Shown here: positions 39,056-49,393 of the stretch, piece by piece | How positions within the stretch are numbered: position 1 is the first letter of the stretch | Layout of the letters: the number at the start of each line of letters is the position of its first letter | The notes under the pieces: generated by a model | What the model was told of the DNA's origin: nothing | What the model saw: the letters and a program-made list of their open reading frames with translations, nothing else | The model's database searches: none | Assembly: GCA_041640715.1 (NCBI GenBank) | Contig: JBEPZU010000001.1 | Span: 132,816 to 196,815, forward strand | Length of the DNA: 64,000 nucleotides | Reading direction: 5' to 3' | Source: Thermoproteota archaeon | GTDB taxonomy: Archaea; Thermoproteota; Thermoprotei; Gearchaeales; Gearchaeaceae | Program-made: the position numbers and the translations under genes

Positions 39056-40078
39056 ATGGCTGAAAGTGTAGAAGCTGCTAAGTTAGGCTATGAATTCTCG
39101 AGAATTCTGGAGTCATATCGCGGTAGAATAATTAAAAACATACTTGAGCATGTTAGAAGCAACATACCAATTCTCGATGAGGCTTCTAAACATTTGATAA
39201 ATGCAGGGGGTAAACTTCTTAGGCCTTCTCTGGTTGTTTTGGCTTGCAAAGCAGTAGGTGGGGATGAAGATCTTGCAACCTTTGCCTCCGTAGGCGGTGA
39301 GACTGCTCACGTAGCGAGTCTCATTCATGATGACATAATAGACGGGGACGAACTAAGGAGAAATGTCAAAACTGTGCATTTGGAATACGGTTTGCCTTTA
39401 GCTATACTTGCAGGGGATTTTCTTATAATAAAGAGCTTCCAAATGATAGAAAGGTTAGTAAGAGAAAAAGGCTTCCCTGCTGAAAGAGCTATTGAATTAC
39501 TTAGACTTAGTTGCGAGGGAGCTCTAGACGTTACTGAGGGCGAAGTAATGGATATCTTATTTTTAGAAAGGGATCATGTTTCTCTCCATGAATATCTAAA
39601 GATGATAGAGCTAAAGACAGCTAGAGCCTTTGAGGTTTCGATGAAAGGCGGCGCAATCTTGGGCTTTGGAAGTAGGGAAGAAATAGAAATGTTAGGTAAT
39701 TATGGTCTTTATCTAGGAATGGCTTTTCAAATAGAAGATGATTTGCTTGGCAGTATTGGTAAGAGAGAAGATGTCGGTAAACCTATAAGCGATATTGTGA
39801 AAAAAAGGAAAAATTTCTTGGTATGTTATGTAGATACATTCGGAAGTCCCGAACAAAGAAGAGAATTGAGGAGGATATTGTCCAAAAAAGAAATCGACGA
39901 AAGAGAATTGTATGAGGCAAGAAATTTATTCTCGGAAAGTAATGCAATAGAAGCAGCTAAAAATTATATAAGAGATTACACAAGGAAGGCAGTAAAATCT
40001 ATCAGTTCTCTAAAACCCTCAGAGACCAAAGATCTTTTAATAGAATTAGCTTATTACTTGGCTAATAGGACTAAATAA
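39056..40078 (+). CDS. Second trans-polyprenyl diphosphate synthase, probably long-chain
   Basis: GGKLLRP, VASLIHDDIID (Ala five residues before FARM), KTA, FQIEDDLLG. Confidence 0.88.
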   Translation: MAESVEAAKLGYEFSRILESYRGRIIKNILEHVRSNIPILDEASKHLINAGGKLLRPSLVVLACKAVGGDEDLATFASVGGETAHVASLIHDDIIDGDELRRNVKTVHLEYGLPLAILAGDFLIIKSFQMIERLVREKGFPAERAIELLRLSCEGALDVTEGEVMDILFLERDHVSLHEYLKMIELKTARAFEVSMKGGAILGFGSREEIEMLGNYGLYLGMAFQIEDDLLGSIGKREDVGKPISDIVKKRKNFLVCYVDTFGSPEQRRELRRILSKKEIDERELYEARNLFSESNAIEAAKNYIRDYTRKAVKSISSLKPSETKDLLIELAYYLANRTK

Positions 40079-40106
40079 ATTTAACTTATTCTTCGTTTAA
40101 TCTTTT

Positions 40107-40427
40107 GTGGAAGAGAATGTAAAAGAAGCAGCTGAAGTATTCGGCGCATTAGCTAGCGAAGTTAGGTTGAAAATAATCATGTCTCTAAAAGACGGTCCTA
40201 AAACTTGGAGTGAGCTCATGTTCGGTCTTCAAGTTAATCCTAAAATACTTGATGAATCTCTTAAAAAACTTCTTAAAGCAGGGGTTATAGTTAAGGAGGG
40301 AAATAAGTACAGGTTGACTGGATTGGGCGATTACATTCTTCAGATAATAACTCCTATTTCGCAACTGGCTATAGAAGTACTTGTATCCCTCTTGAAAGGA
40401 TTCACATCTAAGAGAAAGAAAAATTAA
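40107..40427 (+). CDS. ArsR-like winged-helix transcriptional regulator
   Basis: FGALASEVRLKII..L..GPKTWSEL, L.KL..AGVI, YRLTGLG. Confidence 0.8.
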   Translation: MEENVKEAAEVFGALASEVRLKIIMSLKDGPKTWSELMFGLQVNPKILDESLKKLLKAGVIVKEGNKYRLTGLGDYILQIITPISQLAIEVLVSLLKGFTSKRKKN

Positions 40428-40529
40428 GTTCTTCCAAAATCTTTTCGTCTAGCCCGAATTTTGGGGTAAAATTTTAAGTTTTTAACCTGCTTCCTTTCAA
40501 CTAAGACCGAGCTTTCTTTAAAAGGATTA

Positions 40530-40540
40530 TATTTAAAAAC
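40530..40540 (+). promoter_or_regulatory. Putative TATA box of the giant protease gene (likely leaderless)
   Basis: TTTAAAAA about 25 nt upstream of ATG 40564 with purine-rich BRE-like bases before it. Confidence 0.35.
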
Positions 40541-40563
40541 TCCAATGTGCTTTTATCCTTACA

Positions 40564-43500
40564 ATGGGCAATTCGAAAAGTAAGATAGCGTTAGTGTTAG
40601 CCATTGCAATAACTGCTATGTTCATAGTACAGGCTACCTTTCCTTTATTGAGCGCAGCCCAAAATGTAATAGAAGGAAGTAAAGACAAGGCTAAACCTTG
40701 GCCCTATGTAATTCCGAAGGAATTTGAACTACCTTTGCTCTCCTCTCTTCCTAAGAGCAAAGTCGATCCTCGTATATACAAACAAATAGATTCTGGCGCT
40801 AGCAGCGTTCAGGTAATAATCCTGTATGACTGGCATTTCAGAGATAAACTTCTAGCTTCGCTTCCAGCAGGTTCAAAATTATTGAGATACGCTACTGAAG
40901 TAATCCAATACCTGCCTTTACTGGGCGTATCTCTACCTGCAAATAAGAATGAAATACAAAGACTTGCTAGCTTACCTTATGTTAAGCTAATAGCTTACAA
41001 TGAACCTTTGAGCTATGAAATGCTCAATGTGATGAATCCTAAGATCGAGGCTGAACTTTTTAAGAAAGAATTCAAAACTCAACAAGCACTTCCTTCAAGA
41101 TGGTATGCTACTCCTTTGGATGTTGCAATAGAAACCAGAGCTACAGAGTTATGGAAGAAGGGAATAACCGGGAAAGGAGTGATAATAGGCATTATGGATA
41201 CAGGTATAAACCCAAGGCATCCTGACTTCTTTTTCCCAGATGGCAGGAGTAAGATAATATTTTCCTTCAGCCCCTTCAGCGGTGAAGATGCATACACAAC
41301 TATACCTACTTTGTTTGCAGGACATGGTACTCATGTAGCATCGATAGCTGCCGCATCCGGTTTAGGTTCTGGTCAAGGATGGTATCTAGACAGAGCTACT
41401 TTCTTGTATCAACGTGCTACTATATCCAAGGGAGAAATTACAGGTTTGGCTCCCGATGCATACTTAGCTATCTTCAAAATATTCTCTGATCCAAATCTAT
41501 CTGCTGAGCCTCCTACTGTATACCACATAGCAATTTCAATAGTTCAAGCAGTTAAGGTAGGTGTAGATGTGATGAACGCAAGCTGGGGCTTTATAGGCTT
41601 CGATGCTGATACTCAAGCTGTATTGTATTATGCAGTTGCTTGGGCTATACAGTGCGGTATGGTCTGGGTTAACAGTGCAGGTAATTATGGTCCTGGGTTT
41701 GTCACGTTAGGTTTTCCAGCGGCTCAGGAGAGCGTGATCACTGTAGGTCTTACTTATCCCGCAAACTTCCCTAGCCCAGGTTATGGTAAAAAAGTGGTTT
41801 ACTGGTCAAGCAGAGGTCCAACATATCCTGCTAACTCTTTCTTCCAGAACGGTGCAGATATCATACCTACAACTGGATTCTTAAGCGCTGGTAGGAATAA
41901 ACCAGATATTTTAGCTCCAGGATTTGGCATAATGGCTGCTAACGCAGGCTTTGAATTTCCTTCACCGTATGAATCTCTAGATCCCTTCAATGATACTCAA
42001 ATAGCTTATCTCCATGCAGGTGTTAAGTACAAGGCATTATCGGGCACTTCTATGGCTGCACCGGTTATAACAGGCATCGTAGCTCTATTAATCCAAGCCT
42101 TCCCAGGAGCTACACCTGCTGCTATAAAGGCTGCTTTGATAAACGGTGCTGTTCCTACCACAACTGTACAAGGCGTTTCTGATCCCAACATATCAGGTGC
42201 TGGGTTGGTGGATGCATTAAACGCTTATAATATATTAGCGCAATCACCTAAGAAGAGTGGCTTCAAGATACCTCCTCCATATTGGGTTGTTGAAACTCAA
42301 GCGACGCCCGACGCCTACAAGCAAATATTTAGAGGATATAAAATATTGGTCGATGATATAACTGCTGTAGGAGAAAGTCAAAGTCTTGGATTACAATATT
42401 CTTATAACAACTTCATCGATGACCTCAGAAACAGAGGTGCAAACATAACTTATTTATCTCAAGCATTCCCGCCTAATTATGTTTGGCAGCAAATCAATCA
42501 AACGATAGAAAGTCCTCATCCTTATGAACCTTTGACAAACCAATTCTATCATATATACTACCCAGGCGCTACAGCTATTCAAATACATTTTGCGAGGATA
42601 GGTCTTGGTATAAGTCCTACACTTCCGGCTACTACTTCCTATATAGTTGTATATAGCTGGGACTGGAGTACAATAGTGGCGTTAATAGTAGGTCCTACCG
42701 ATCTTTATGACGTATTATATCCTGCGCTCGGTACTCCAGGTGTACACATAAGATTAATTACTGATAATTCAACAGGTTATGGTTTCAAGGTTGATTGGTA
42801 TGCTGTTCAATTGCCTAAGCCAAGCATTGTGGATTATAACGTTAGGAGAGAAGTTTTACTGCAATACTATTGGTCTAATAGATCAACGAATCCTTGGGAG
42901 GTAAATGTTGCACCTATACCCACACCTATCACGGTTGGTAAAGCTACTGCAGCAGGGTACTCTGATTTAGGCAACGAACCTTGGATTAAGAAGGAATATT
43001 TAGCATATCAAATTACTTATGAGAAATTGCTAGAGTGGTATAAGGTCAAGGAATCCATATCACAATGCTACTGGCCATATCTCGCTAGAGGTAATTTCAG
43101 TTTGTATGATCTATGGTTACCCTTGCCATCCTTTGGACTCAACTATACGGCTGCCTTTGATCCAAATAATCCACCGCCATTAGGAACTATGATAGAAGAT
43201 AATAAAGCAGGGCAAGGAATAGCTGATATAATGTATGTTAATGCAACTGTCTATGATATGCAAACCAAATCTTATACAACTATGTATTTGACTTTAGAGA
43301 TCTATAGGCCTTATTATAGAAATGGAATGCCAGCAACTGTTTCATCTCTTGATGATCTTGTACGTAAGACTGTTCCGCAACTGCTCTTTGGTGGGTCAGC
43401 TTTGTATAGCGTTTCTTATCTCACAGGCGTTGAGTCTTGGAAATGGGTTCGACTAACTACTAATGATCCAAACAAGAGAATATTCGTAGATGCATCTCAT

Positions 43501-46500
43501 CCTATTAAGATCTGGTTCATAACTAACGGTGATGGAAAAGGAGGAATTGGTTTGGAAGCCAATTATCTAGCTTTAGGTAGCGCTTCACTTACGCCTGAGG
43601 ACGAAGAACCTGAGGATCCTTCAATTTTCAATACAGTAATCCTTTCAGGTCATACGAACAGGCCTAATGCTATATTCTATGGTCAATTCGACCTATTCTT
43701 AATACTGACTCCTTGGTATGTAGATCCTGAATGGGTAGATAGAATTGAATTAAAGAACTACGTAGACAACTACATAGGCAGAGTTTTGTTCGTAGGAGGT
43801 TACATACCTAGGATGGAGCCGTTCTTTGGTACATATTTCGATGAACCTGTATACATGCTACCTAGAGGTTCTGAAGTAGGAACTCCTGTGAAGATGAATT
43901 ATTATACGTGGGATTTCGGCGTTGAATGGGTGAGCGATTCGATAGGCGGTCCTGCTAAGATATTAGTGCCTAATAATCCAATATTTGCACCAGGAGTAGC
44001 GCCTGATGGAAGTCCTCTAGATCCAGTTGTATATTTGGGAAGTGAAGTTATGTCGATAAAGCTTAGACCAAATGCCGCAAACACTAAAATATGGGCCTTA
44101 GATCCTACATTCCCTGCAATAGCATTCTATAATTCAACTCCATGCAATGGAGTTTTGATGATAAGCGATAGTTATGTTCTATCAGATATATCATATGGTA
44201 GCGAAGCTTTCCTATTCCATCAGTGGTTCGGTTTGAGAGCAGTTGCCTATTTGCTAGATTCATTACCTCCTTATAACTTGGTAGCAAAGGTTAATCAGTG
44301 GTTCTATCCGATAGGTGGCGCAGAAGGTGGTATTGGATTGTTCGTTAGACTTCAATACAACAAGATAGTAGCAAACGGTACAATATGGACTTTAAACTAT
44401 ACGATAACAAACTACTTGCCATATGCAGTTTCGATACATGCTAAACTAGAAATACCTAGCAATTCAACCATAGCGGGCTTGATCAAGGCTGCTGGTCTTA
44501 ACTTAACTGATTGGCGCGTAGTAGTTCCTCCTGCTACGGATCAAGGACCTTCAATTAAAACATTCGCAATAGGAGGGATAGCTTATACTAAATTCTTAGC
44601 TACTACAAGTCCAGGAATAGGATACTACCCAGCCTATACAGAGCTTTGGAGCACCTTTAAGTTCAATGCTACTCTCTATGCCAATTTCACAGACACGGGA
44701 GCTATAGATTACGATAACCCGATCTTTAGCCATGCAGGGAGGTCTGTAAGTATATTGAATAAGATTCATAGACAAGGTGATCTGCCTCTAGTTAGCACTG
44801 CTACACCTCTCAGCTTTGATAGTTATACATCTAACTTGGTAGCGAAATATCCTCTAGACTGGAAGTACGTCAATATAACGATAATAAATCCAGATGTATC
44901 AATAAGTAGTTTAAAGGCTCGTATAACTGGGAACGTTAGTTCAGTGGCACAGTTCGCTACATTGGTTAATGAAACATTTGGTCCTGGCGTTTGGAGAGTC
45001 AAACTTGTGCTTTTAGGTCCTTCAGTTGATCTAAGGCCAGAGAACGTAAGCGCAATAGCAGGCCAAGCTTTAGAATCATATCAAATTCCAGTTCCTGTGC
45101 CTATTGATGGACCACTCTTTGTGCCTATAGCGGACGGTCATTACCCAGGATTGCCTCATACTGGTCATTATTATGCTTTCGTATTCGTATTCATAGATCC
45201 TAACTTGCCAAGCGGAATGTATACTGGTGATGTTAATGTCTTAGACGATAACAACAATGTGATTGCTAGAACTAAATTGGCCATCACGGTAGAGCAAAGG
45301 CCTAATGGATACATTGTTTGGGATGACGGTTTGTACATAAATAACAGGCCTGCTGTAGATGATCCAGCAAACTACCATGGTGTAGGTTATGCTGTGTTTA
45401 CCGCACACGACTGGCCAACTCAACCTTGGGTAAATGCCTTTGAGTTGTGGAGGACCATTAGCGGTCCTGAGCTAAACTTCGCAGTCAAGCCTTCAGGGGC
45501 AATATCAATAGCTTTGGATATCATTGCAGAAAATCAAACTCCAGGTCAACCTCTATGGAAGATCGAGGCATTCTATAGAGACTTAGTAAACAGAGTCTTC
45601 AAGGATGCCCAAGGTTTCATGTTGGTAGAGAATGCTCACTTCAGACCTTTCGATGGTTATTACTTTGCTAGGGAAATAGGTTATGCACCAGAAATCAGAT
45701 GGGTTAACTACACTGCAAGGGATATAATGATCAAAATACTTGCAGAAAACAAAGGCTCATTGATAGTATTCTCTCAGTTTGCTTCGGCCAACTCAGTCAA
45801 TCCCGTATCAGGCCAACCTAATCCATATAATATGAACTGGTTGTTAGGTTATGTTGGATCCAGAGTGTACTTCCCAACAGGCATCAACACCTCAGCCGCA
45901 AAGGACTTGATGCTATTCGCTACAGGCTTGCCTTCTTTTGATCTACCTATACCTGCAGGTTGGAGGACTATAACACCTCCAGCGTTACCCTATAATACAA
46001 TTTCATTCTACTATCTATTCGCGAGTGAATCGGGCGGCTATGGGCTAATAAGCGACATAGCTTACAATGAAACTAAAAGGAAGCTCTTCTTAGATGTAAA
46101 CTCTTTTAACCTTGTAGACGGTTCGATTACCTATAGCAAGTATGTTCTTCCTACAGTGATAGAGACGCCTATGCCATATCCTCCTTTAACTACTTTCGTA
46201 TATAAGATAACTGTACCTAATGCAGACTATGTACTGCCTGTATTCGACTACATAAAAGTATCAGTAGGAACTATCATACAAATACTCGATACTAATTACG
46301 AAGTAAAAGCTCAGTTTATTGCAGCTAGCGATGTTGAAGATTATGGAGTAATCATAGGAGGGCCTGTTCGCGGCGATACTGTTTATATTAAATTTACTTC
46401 TTCAGCAGCTGTAAAGCCTGGCTTTGATGCAGGAATTAGGGTAAGCTATGTTCTCTATGCAAGCACTGCTTATTTCGTTAAAGACATTGCTCAGTTCTAC

Positions 46501-47964
46501 GTGAAGAACGAGGACGATCCTGAATTAACATGGCAAGATGGAAGATATAGGATGGCAGATTGGAATGCGATAGCTGGAAAGTGGGGCATTGCATTAGCCT
46601 TAGATACGCGTTTAACTGGAATATCAGGAGAAATATCTAAAATACCTTTACCAGATGCTAAGGTGATAGCTTTTGGCCAGTCTTCCTTCTTCGAAAACGT
46701 TTACTTCCAGCACTTCGTGACTCATATTACCGGCTTGATTTCTGAGAGCGCTTGGAGAACCTACTTAAAGATATTCTTAAGGTCGATACTCCAGTACGTA
46801 GGAGGCTATTATACTGCAGTGACAGGCGGCATAACAGGTCTAGAGACATTCATAAGTTTCCTTAGAATCTTAGAAGGTAACGCAAGAGATGCAGGAATGA
46901 TTGTAAGTCCAGAAGTTGATACAAAGATTAGCGCGGCTGAGGGCTATATAGCTGAAGCAAAGAATATAGTGCTAACAGGCAATTACATAGCAGCTGCTTC
47001 GCCTTTATTAAAGGCTAACTCTACTTTGAGTGAAGCTGCTACATTGCTAGTTACCCAATTAGAAGAGCAAGCGAATTCAGAAAAACTCAATGCAATGTCA
47101 ACGATAAATAAGGTTAGGGCTTTTGTGAACTTAACCGCAAGTTATAACGTAGATGTAAGAGAAGCTCTTACTATTTGGGGAAATGCTGAGAAAGCTTTTG
47201 ATTCAGGAAATTCAACATTGGCTTTATTCAATAGAGAAGATCCAGCTACATGGTTCAACTTAGTGGATAGCTACAAAGCATTTAAGCAAGCAGGCAGTTT
47301 GGCTATTCTTGCCTCTCAGAAGGCCGTGGTATCTGCCTATAATCTTGCTACTATGATAAGGGATCAGGCTACCAAGGTTTTAAACACAGTCTACACTCAA
47401 GTTTCAAACTTGGCTGCTGCAGGAATTCCGGCTAGCGACTCTACTAGGTCTTCTTATGAATTAGCGTCTGTAAAGTTAGCATCAGGAGATAATTCTATGA
47501 AAAACTACAACATTGCCGACATAAATACCTATACCAATGTGCTAGATGCATTAGCTAGCTACAGAGAAGCTCTTGGCTTTGCAGAAGAAGCGTTAAGCTC
47601 TGTTTTGAACGATGCAAGGAATGCTGCTGCAGAAAAGCTAGCTGAGCTTAGATCTGAAATAGCAAAAACCAGAGCTCTACCTCATGATGAAAGCATTGTC
47701 GCAGCTATCGACGCTAAAGTTCCATTCTATGAATCAAGATTAGTTGCAGCCAAAACTGTAAGCGACTTCATAAGATTATATAGTGAAATTACGGATGACA
47801 TAAGTAGAGTTAGAGCTGCTGTAATAACTCCTACTACACCAGCTCCCGGAATGACTCCATTACAACTGGCGATAATAGTAATACTAATTCTGATACTGAT
47901 ATTCGCCCTAGTATACGCGGCGACGAGAAGGAGAAGAGCGGCAAGTCTAGCGACTCTATTCTAA
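40564..47964 (+). CDS. Giant membrane-anchored S8 (subtilisin-like) serine protease, 2466 aa
   Basis: Signal peptide, propeptide, triad IMDTG / GHGTHVA / SGTSMAAP, oxyanion NSAGN, KPDILAPG; long multidomain C-terminus, helical stalk, PT linker, TM helix and RRRR. Confidence 0.92.
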   Translation: MGNSKSKIALVLAIAITAMFIVQATFPLLSAAQNVIEGSKDKAKPWPYVIPKEFELPLLSSLPKSKVDPRIYKQIDSGASSVQVIILYDWHFRDKLLASLPAGSKLLRYATEVIQYLPLLGVSLPANKNEIQRLASLPYVKLIAYNEPLSYEMLNVMNPKIEAELFKKEFKTQQALPSRWYATPLDVAIETRATELWKKGITGKGVIIGIMDTGINPRHPDFFFPDGRSKIIFSFSPFSGEDAYTTIPTLFAGHGTHVASIAAASGLGSGQGWYLDRATFLYQRATISKGEITGLAPDAYLAIFKIFSDPNLSAEPPTVYHIAISIVQAVKVGVDVMNASWGFIGFDADTQAVLYYAVAWAIQCGMVWVNSAGNYGPGFVTLGFPAAQESVITVGLTYPANFPSPGYGKKVVYWSSRGPTYPANSFFQNGADIIPTTGFLSAGRNKPDILAPGFGIMAANAGFEFPSPYESLDPFNDTQIAYLHAGVKYKALSGTSMAAPVITGIVALLIQAFPGATPAAIKAALINGAVPTTTVQGVSDPNISGAGLVDALNAYNILAQSPKKSGFKIPPPYWVVETQATPDAYKQIFRGYKILVDDITAVGESQSLGLQYSYNNFIDDLRNRGANITYLSQAFPPNYVWQQINQTIESPHPYEPLTNQFYHIYYPGATAIQIHFARIGLGISPTLPATTSYIVVYSWDWSTIVALIVGPTDLYDVLYPALGTPGVHIRLITDNSTGYGFKVDWYAVQLPKPSIVDYNVRREVLLQYYWSNRSTNPWEVNVAPIPTPITVGKATAAGYSDLGNEPWIKKEYLAYQITYEKLLEWYKVKESISQCYWPYLARGNFSLYDLWLPLPSFGLNYTAAFDPNNPPPLGTMIEDNKAGQGIADIMYVNATVYDMQTKSYTTMYLTLEIYRPYYRNGMPATVSSLDDLVRKTVPQLLFGGSALYSVSYLTGVESWKWVRLTTNDPNKRIFVDASHPIKIWFITNGDGKGGIGLEANYLALGSASLTPEDEEPEDPSIFNTVILSGHTNRPNAIFYGQFDLFLILTPWYVDPEWVDRIELKNYVDNYIGRVLFVGGYIPRMEPFFGTYFDEPVYMLPRGSEVGTPVKMNYYTWDFGVEWVSDSIGGPAKILVPNNPIFAPGVAPDGSPLDPVVYLGSEVMSIKLRPNAANTKIWALDPTFPAIAFYNSTPCNGVLMISDSYVLSDISYGSEAFLFHQWFGLRAVAYLLDSLPPYNLVAKVNQWFYPIGGAEGGIGLFVRLQYNKIVANGTIWTLNYTITNYLPYAVSIHAKLEIPSNSTIAGLIKAAGLNLTDWRVVVPPATDQGPSIKTFAIGGIAYTKFLATTSPGIGYYPAYTELWSTFKFNATLYANFTDTGAIDYDNPIFSHAGRSVSILNKIHRQGDLPLVSTATPLSFDSYTSNLVAKYPLDWKYVNITIINPDVSISSLKARITGNVSSVAQFATLVNETFGPGVWRVKLVLLGPSVDLRPENVSAIAGQALESYQIPVPVPIDGPLFVPIADGHYPGLPHTGHYYAFVFVFIDPNLPSGMYTGDVNVLDDNNNVIARTKLAITVEQRPNGYIVWDDGLYINNRPAVDDPANYHGVGYAVFTAHDWPTQPWVNAFELWRTISGPELNFAVKPSGAISIALDIIAENQTPGQPLWKIEAFYRDLVNRVFKDAQGFMLVENAHFRPFDGYYFAREIGYAPEIRWVNYTARDIMIKILAENKGSLIVFSQFASANSVNPVSGQPNPYNMNWLLGYVGSRVYFPTGINTSAAKDLMLFATGLPSFDLPIPAGWRTITPPALPYNTISFYYLFASESGGYGLISDIAYNETKRKLFLDVNSFNLVDGSITYSKYVLPTVIETPMPYPPLTTFVYKITVPNADYVLPVFDYIKVSVGTIIQILDTNYEVKAQFIAASDVEDYGVIIGGPVRGDTVYIKFTSSAAVKPGFDAGIRVSYVLYASTAYFVKDIAQFYVKNEDDPELTWQDGRYRMADWNAIAGKWGIALALDTRLTGISGEISKIPLPDAKVIAFGQSSFFENVYFQHFVTHITGLISESAWRTYLKIFLRSILQYVGGYYTAVTGGITGLETFISFLRILEGNARDAGMIVSPEVDTKISAAEGYIAEAKNIVLTGNYIAAASPLLKANSTLSEAATLLVTQLEEQANSEKLNAMSTINKVRAFVNLTASYNVDVREALTIWGNAEKAFDSGNSTLALFNREDPATWFNLVDSYKAFKQAGSLAILASQKAVVSAYNLATMIRDQATKVLNTVYTQVSNLAAAGIPASDSTRSSYELASVKLASGDNSMKNYNIADINTYTNVLDALASYREALGFAEEALSSVLNDARNAAAEKLAELRSEIAKTRALPHDESIVAAIDAKVPFYESRLVAAKTVSDFIRLYSEITDDISRVRAAVITPTTPAPGMTPLQLAIIVILILILIFALVYAATRRRRAASLATLF

Positions 47965-47995
47965 AACTTTTATTTTTAATTAATTAATTTTTTTT
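47965..47995 (+). terminator. Oligo-T tract after the protease gene (archaeal intrinsic terminator candidate)
   Basis: Several T-runs directly after the stop codon. Confidence 0.35.
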
Positions 47996-48928
47996 ATGAA
48001 AATTTTAGTTACCGACCCTATTTCTTCAACTTTCTTTGAGCTTATTAGGAAGGATGGTTTTGATGTTGTATACAAGCCTTATATAGAAAGGAAAGAACTT
48101 TTGGTTGAAATAAGGGATAAGGATGCTTTAGTTGTTAGAGGTAGAACTAAAGTTGATAGAGAAGTCATAGATCATGCAGAGAAAATCAAATTGATAGTTA
48201 GAACCGGGGTTGGTTTAGACAACATAGACCTAGAATATGCTAGAACAAAAGGGATAGCAGTATTCAATACCCCTGGCGCTACTTCTAATGCTGTTGCTGA
48301 GTTAACAGTTTGTTTGATCTTAAGTTTACTTAGAAGGGCTTACTTAGGTCATGAAGCGCTTAGAAGAGGAGAATGGATAAAGAATAAGCTAATAGGTTTT
48401 GAACTTAAAGGAAAGACTGTTGGTATTCTAGGATTTGGAAGAATAGGTTATGAAGTGGCTAAGAAACTCAAAGCCTTCGATTGCAGGATAATCGCTCATA
48501 GTAGGACTGATAAAAGTAAATTGGCTAATGAAATAGGGATTGAGTTCTCTACAGATCTAGATTATTTATTGTCCAACTCGGATATTTTAACTGTACATCT
48601 AAGCCTAAATCCTTCTACTTACTTATTCTTGAATAAAGAAAGACTGGCTAAATTGAAGAAGGGATCTTTTATAGTCAATACTTCTAGGGGTGCTATAATA
48701 GATGAAAAAGCATTGTTAGAGCTCATAGAATCAGGACATATTGCAGGAGTTGCTCTAGATGTATTTGAAAAAGAGCCTCCAGATACTGAAGTCGAGAAGA
48801 AATTGATTTCGATGGATAATGTAATAGTTACTCCTCACATAGGAGCTCAGACCAGAGAGGCAATGGAAGAGGAAGCAAAGGAGGCTGCGATGATTATATC
48901 AGAATTTTTTAGAAAATTAAAATACTAG
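47996..48928 (+). CDS. D-isomer 2-hydroxyacid dehydrogenase (SerA-like, no ACT domain)
   Basis: GVGLDNID, AVAEL, GILGFGRIG, VNTSRG, ALDVFEKEP, TPHIGA. Confidence 0.9.
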   Translation: MKILVTDPISSTFFELIRKDGFDVVYKPYIERKELLVEIRDKDALVVRGRTKVDREVIDHAEKIKLIVRTGVGLDNIDLEYARTKGIAVFNTPGATSNAVAELTVCLILSLLRRAYLGHEALRRGEWIKNKLIGFELKGKTVGILGFGRIGYEVAKKLKAFDCRIIAHSRTDKSKLANEIGIEFSTDLDYLLSNSDILTVHLSLNPSTYLFLNKERLAKLKKGSFIVNTSRGAIIDEKALLELIESGHIAGVALDVFEKEPPDTEVEKKLISMDNVIVTPHIGAQTREAMEEEAKEAAMIISEFFRKLKY

Positions 48929-48946
48929 AAAGTGGAAGACTAGGTA

Positions 48947-49393
48947 ATGGGTTTAGCGAAATATAGAAAACTGGTAAAGAAGGCATATGAAAAAGAGCTG
49001 AGAGAAAGGCTAATAGAATGGAGGAAGCAGCCTGCTGTAGTTAAACTAGAAAGGCCTACGCTAGTATATAAAGCTAGGATGTTAGGGTATAAGGCAAAAC
49101 AGGGAATAATAGTTGTTAGAGTCAGAATTAGGAAAGGTAAGATGTCAAAGCAAAGACCTAGAACAGGCAGAAGGCCTAAAAGAATGGGTACTACTAAATT
49201 GACTTTGAAGAAATCCCTTAGATTGATAGCTGAAGAAAAAGCCCAAAGGAAATTCCCTAACATGGAAGTTTTGAACTCTTATTATGTAGCAGAGGATGGA
49301 ATGTATAAATGGTTTGAAGTGATATTAGTGGATCCTTATAGCACAAGCATAAAATATGATAAGAATCTGAGCTGGATTTATAGGGGTGATTGA
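48947..49393 (+). CDS. rpl15e: 50S ribosomal protein eL15, C-terminally truncated
   Basis: [61 protein letters not shown]; ends before the [10 protein letters not shown] motif. Confidence 0.93.
   Translation: MGLAKYRKLVKKAYEKELRERLIEWRKQPAVVKLERPTLVYKARMLGYKAKQGIIVVRVRIRKGKMSKQRPRTGRRPKRMGTTKLTLKKSLRLIAEEKAQRKFPNMEVLNSYYVAEDGMYKWFEVILVDPYSTSIKYDKNLSWIYRGD

Noticed and set aside
40431-40466. CCAAAAT/ATTTTGG inverted repeat upstream of the protease as a wHTH operator
   Set aside because: Only 7-bp arms with a long spacer in AT-rich DNA; too weak to support
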